DNA of 64,000 nucleotides, from the NCBI RefSeq assembly GCF_964213995.1, contig NW_027590338.1:124001-188000 (forward strand). Direction: 5' to 3'. The notes below the pieces were generated by a model, which did not search any database, was not told where the DNA came from, and saw only the letters and a program-made list of their open reading frames with translations. A program made the position numbers and the translations under genes. Positions within the stretch are counted from its first letter, which is position 1. Each line of letters begins with the position of its first letter. This stretch comes from Mustelus asterias (taxonomy: Eukaryota). Below, piece by piece: positions 63,780 to 64,000 of the stretch.

Positions 63780-64000
63780 GTTTTTTTTATTCATCCTTGG
63801 GATATGGGTGTTGCTGGGCCAGCATTTATTGCCCATCCCTAACTGCCCTTGAACTGAGTGGCTCGCTGGGCCATTTCAGAAGCTGTTTGAGAGTCAACCA
63901 CATTGCTGTGGCTCTGGAGTCACATGTAGGCCAGACTGGGTAAGGACAGCAGATTTCCTTCCCTAAAGCACATTAATGAACCAGATGGGTTTTTCTGGTC
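63780..64000 (-). mobile_element. SacSINE1/DeuSINE-like element (runs off the window)
   Basis: Reverse match to 29160-29378 at the same insertion site. Confidence 0.78.

Overview
Eukaryotic (vertebrate) genomic DNA, very probably a shark or other elasmobranch; this is inferred from HE1-like tRNA SINEs, SacSINE1/DeuSINE-like elements, abundant CR1 LINEs and a shark-type 5S sequence. The window is a tandem C2H2 zinc-finger (ZNF) cluster of 10 genes or pseudogenes plus fragments, mostly arranged head-to-head around CpG-rich promoters (NRF1-like GCGCATGCGC, YY1-like AAGATGGCGGC, CCAAT and GC boxes). No KRAB, SCAN or BTB domain is recognisable. Paralogs share a modular architecture: short leader exons, a conserved ~168-nt intron, three stop-ridden vestigial fingers, a new ATG in a former finger linker, a finger-only ORF and a conserved in-frame tail after the stop. 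In two divergent genes the same leader-exon position carries Pol III gene pieces (a tRNA-Phe 3' part and a 5S rRNA copy), while three paralogs are empty there. The rest is retroelements: one near-full-length CR1, many CR1/L2/Rex1 fragments, Tx1/L1 3' ends, Penelope-like elements with hammerhead ribozyme cores and a probable solo LTR. Bases 1-2441 are duplicated at 57959-60327. Everything was read by eye; repeat-family names and many boundaries are approximate.
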